Origin: Bacteroidales bacterium
GTDB lineage: Bacteria > Bacteroidota > Bacteroidia > Bacteroidales > UBA12077
Reading direction: 5' to 3'
Length of the DNA: 40,244 bases
NCBI GenBank assembly: GCA_028282585.1
Contig: JANQHR010000153.1
Location: 1-40,244 of the forward strand
The notes beneath the pieces were generated by a model. That model was given only the letters and a program-made list of their open reading frames with translations. It ran no database searches and was not told the DNA's origin. Position 1 is the first letter of the stretch. Each line of letters starts with the position of its first letter. Below are positions 38,433 to 40,244 of this stretch, piece after piece. Position numbers and translations under genes: made by a program.

Positions 38433-38647
38433 AGCATGAAATTTAGCTTCAAAAGATAATAAAATACCTTTTATAGTTCAATTATTTCACCTTAAAAATA
38501 GCGAAGTTCTTATACCCGCAGCTTAAATTAATGTGAATTAAATGCACATTAATCATGAAAAAGAAAACGTTCATCATAACGTTTAAACTATTCCATTATC
38601 CGTCCGTAACGTAGCATAGAAACACTATTACTGAACACTATAAAAAA

Positions 38648-39208
38648 ATGACTGATAGAAAACTTAGAAAACTGGATGATGAAATTTGGAAGGAAATTCC
38701 TTTTGCTGATAAAAAATATGAAGTAAGCAATTATGGAAGAGTTAAGAGCTATTGCTATGATAAAATAAAAGGTAAAGTTTTAAAACCGGGATTAACTAAA
38801 GGATTTCATACGGTTACGTTTAAAACAGAGGGGAAAAAAAAGACTTTCCTGGTTCATAAGTTAGTAGCATTGGTTTTTGTCCCAAAAGAAAATGAAGATC
38901 AAACAATTGCCATTCACCTTGATTGGAATAAAAGAAATAATCATTACAAGAATTTAAAGTGGGTTACAAAGACTGAAGCTTATGCGAGGATAATGCCTAG
39001 GCTTCAAGAAATAAATAAAATAAAAAATAAGGGTATAATAAGAAATTCAAAATTAAAACCTGAAGATGTTGAGATCTTAAAAGGAATGTTAGAGAAGGGT
39101 ATTAAGCAAAATGTTATTGCTAAACTTTTTTCAATAAGTGAAATGCAGGTTACCAGAATTAAGAGAGGGGAAAATTGGAGCAAAATTAAAGCTCCGGCCG
39201 AGAATTAA
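38648..39208 (+). CDS. NUMOD4 + degenerate HNH + C-terminal HTH protein
   Basis: EIWKEI..YEVSNYGRVKS (NUMOD4), VHKLVA..F, HLDWNKRNN..NLKWVT and KQNVIAKLFSISEMQVTRIKRGENW. Confidence 0.85.
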   Translation: MTDRKLRKLDDEIWKEIPFADKKYEVSNYGRVKSYCYDKIKGKVLKPGLTKGFHTVTFKTEGKKKTFLVHKLVALVFVPKENEDQTIAIHLDWNKRNNHYKNLKWVTKTEAYARIMPRLQEINKIKNKGIIRNSKLKPEDVEILKGMLEKGIKQNVIAKLFSISEMQVTRIKRGENWSKIKAPAEN

Positions 39209-39221
39209 ACACAACGTTTGA

Positions 39222-39251
39222 AAAATGCTACATCGCCCGATGTAGCATTTT
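39222..39251 (+). terminator. Rho-independent terminator
   Basis: AAAATGCTACATCG-CC-CGATGTAGCATTTT perfect arms. Confidence 0.8.
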
Positions 39252-39357
39252 ACTTTACATCTTTTTGAAAATCAATTATTTACTTTTTTGTTTTTAAATT
39301 ATATTATTTTGGCAAACTATTTGTGATGCTAAAATAGAAATTACAAAAATTTGAAAT

Positions 39358-39963
39358 ATGAAAAAGATATTTATACTATTACTAATTATTACTTCAACAG
39401 GATATTTACTCGCTCAGGATGATGAAGAGATTGATAATATTGAAACATTTTTCGAGAAACCTTCTAAAATAAGGGGCTACGTTGGACCATTAACCGACAT
39501 TACTACAATCGATGGTGAAACAGCTTATATGACAGGAGTGAATGTTGCAGGTATTTTTAATGACCATTTTGTATTGGGCTTTTACAATCTTGATATTGAA
39601 AATGATATAAAATCAGATAACATAAATTATTATGAATCAACAATAGACTTTAATCATAAAGGGATTTGGTTAGGGTACATATTTATGCCTAAAAGAATTG
39701 TCCACTTTAATACGAATGTTATGTTAGGAAAAGGTGATCTGGAGCTTTACGACGATTTCCTTAATGAATGGGTAGAAGATGATTTCATATTTGTTCTAAC
39801 TCCAAGTTTAGAGGCTGAATTTAATGTTGCCAGATTCTTACGTGTCGGAGTTGGAGCTAATTATCGATTTACATTTGATGTAGATCAATTTGTAAATTAT
39901 AACGACAATGATTTTTCTGACTTTGGAGCTTTTATTAGCTTTAAATTCGGATGGTTTAATTGA
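39358..39963 (+). CDS. Putative outer-membrane beta-barrel protein
   Basis: Signal peptide, alternating beta strands and C-terminal SFKFGWF. Confidence 0.7.
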   Translation: MKKIFILLLIITSTGYLLAQDDEEIDNIETFFEKPSKIRGYVGPLTDITTIDGETAYMTGVNVAGIFNDHFVLGFYNLDIENDIKSDNINYYESTIDFNHKGIWLGYIFMPKRIVHFNTNVMLGKGDLELYDDFLNEWVEDDFIFVLTPSLEAEFNVARFLRVGVGANYRFTFDVDQFVNYNDNDFSDFGAFISFKFGWFN

Positions 39964-40003
39964 TATATTTTTGCAACTAAATTTCATAATGAACCGAAAT
40001 CGT

Positions 40004-40029
40004 GGGGAGCTTGTAAAGGCTCCTTTTTT
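40004..40029 (+). terminator. Rho-independent terminator
   Basis: GGGGAGCTT-GTA-AAGGCTCCTTTTTT. Confidence 0.7.
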
Positions 40030-40127
40030 ATTTACCAAATTTCACAATAATCTATATTTTCAATTACTTCTTATCGCATTATCAGCTATAAATCTTATTT
40101 TTGATAATAATTAATTAGATAGTTAGA

Positions 40128-40244
40128 ATGAAAAAAAACATTGCAATTGTAGCCGGAGGAGATTCTTCAGAATATATTGTATCTATTAACAGTGCCGAAC
40201 AAGTTTCAAAATGGATAGATAAAGAAAAATACAATATTTTTACT
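40128..40244 (+). CDS. ddl: D-alanine--D-alanine ligase, 5' part (runs off the window)
   Basis: MKKNIAIVAGGDSSEYIVSINSA matches the Ddl GG.S.E..VS..SA N-terminus. It normally follows rluD in Bacteroidota. Confidence 0.88.
   Translation, partial: MKKNIAIVAGGDSSEYIVSINSAEQVSKWIDKEKYNIFT

Noticed and set aside
39838-40114. Short ORFs overlapping the end of the beta-barrel gene
   Set aside because: They span a stop codon and a terminator and have no recognisable product.
1-40244. Integrase, transposase or reverse transcriptase gene for the array
   Set aside because: No ORF shows tyrosine or serine recombinase, DDE, DEDD, HUH or RT motifs.
1-40244. tRNA, rRNA or known riboswitch
   Set aside because: None recognised by eye. 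An Rfam/tRNAscan search was not possible.

Overview
AT-rich window from a Bacteroidota genome, probably Bacteroidales/Marinilabiliales-like (TTTG-N~20-TAnnTTTG promoters, T9SS C-terminal domains, rpmH-PASTA-rluD-ddl context). It has two parts. About 1-21.5 kb is accessory DNA and about 21.5-40.2 kb is mostly housekeeping (dnaB, ispE, acyl-CoA carboxylase, lptG-like, tgt, rsmG, rpmH, mqnE, rluD, start of ddl). The main signal is in the first ~11.7 kb, where unrelated cargo genes are separated by about 10 copies of a 130-150 bp imperfect hairpin bounded by (T)TATAAC...GWTATA. The cargo is a RelE/ParE toxin-antitoxin pair, a TetR unit, a serine hydrolase, a TlpA redoxin, an ECF sigma trio, an LRR lipoprotein and a decayed MNT-HEPN pair. 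The hairpins resemble integron attC sites: two have an unpaired C in the left arm, and one has the upstream stop codon inside its left box. They also differ from classical attC. The core boxes are non-canonical, the two ends of each cargo unit pair with each other over 15-20 nt, a Bacteroidota sigma70 promoter motif is conserved in the loop, and a subfamily has GAT instead of GTT. Some units also share long non-coding ends around different cargo. No integrase or other recombinase gene lies in the window, so the cassette-array reading is an inference from sequence structure.
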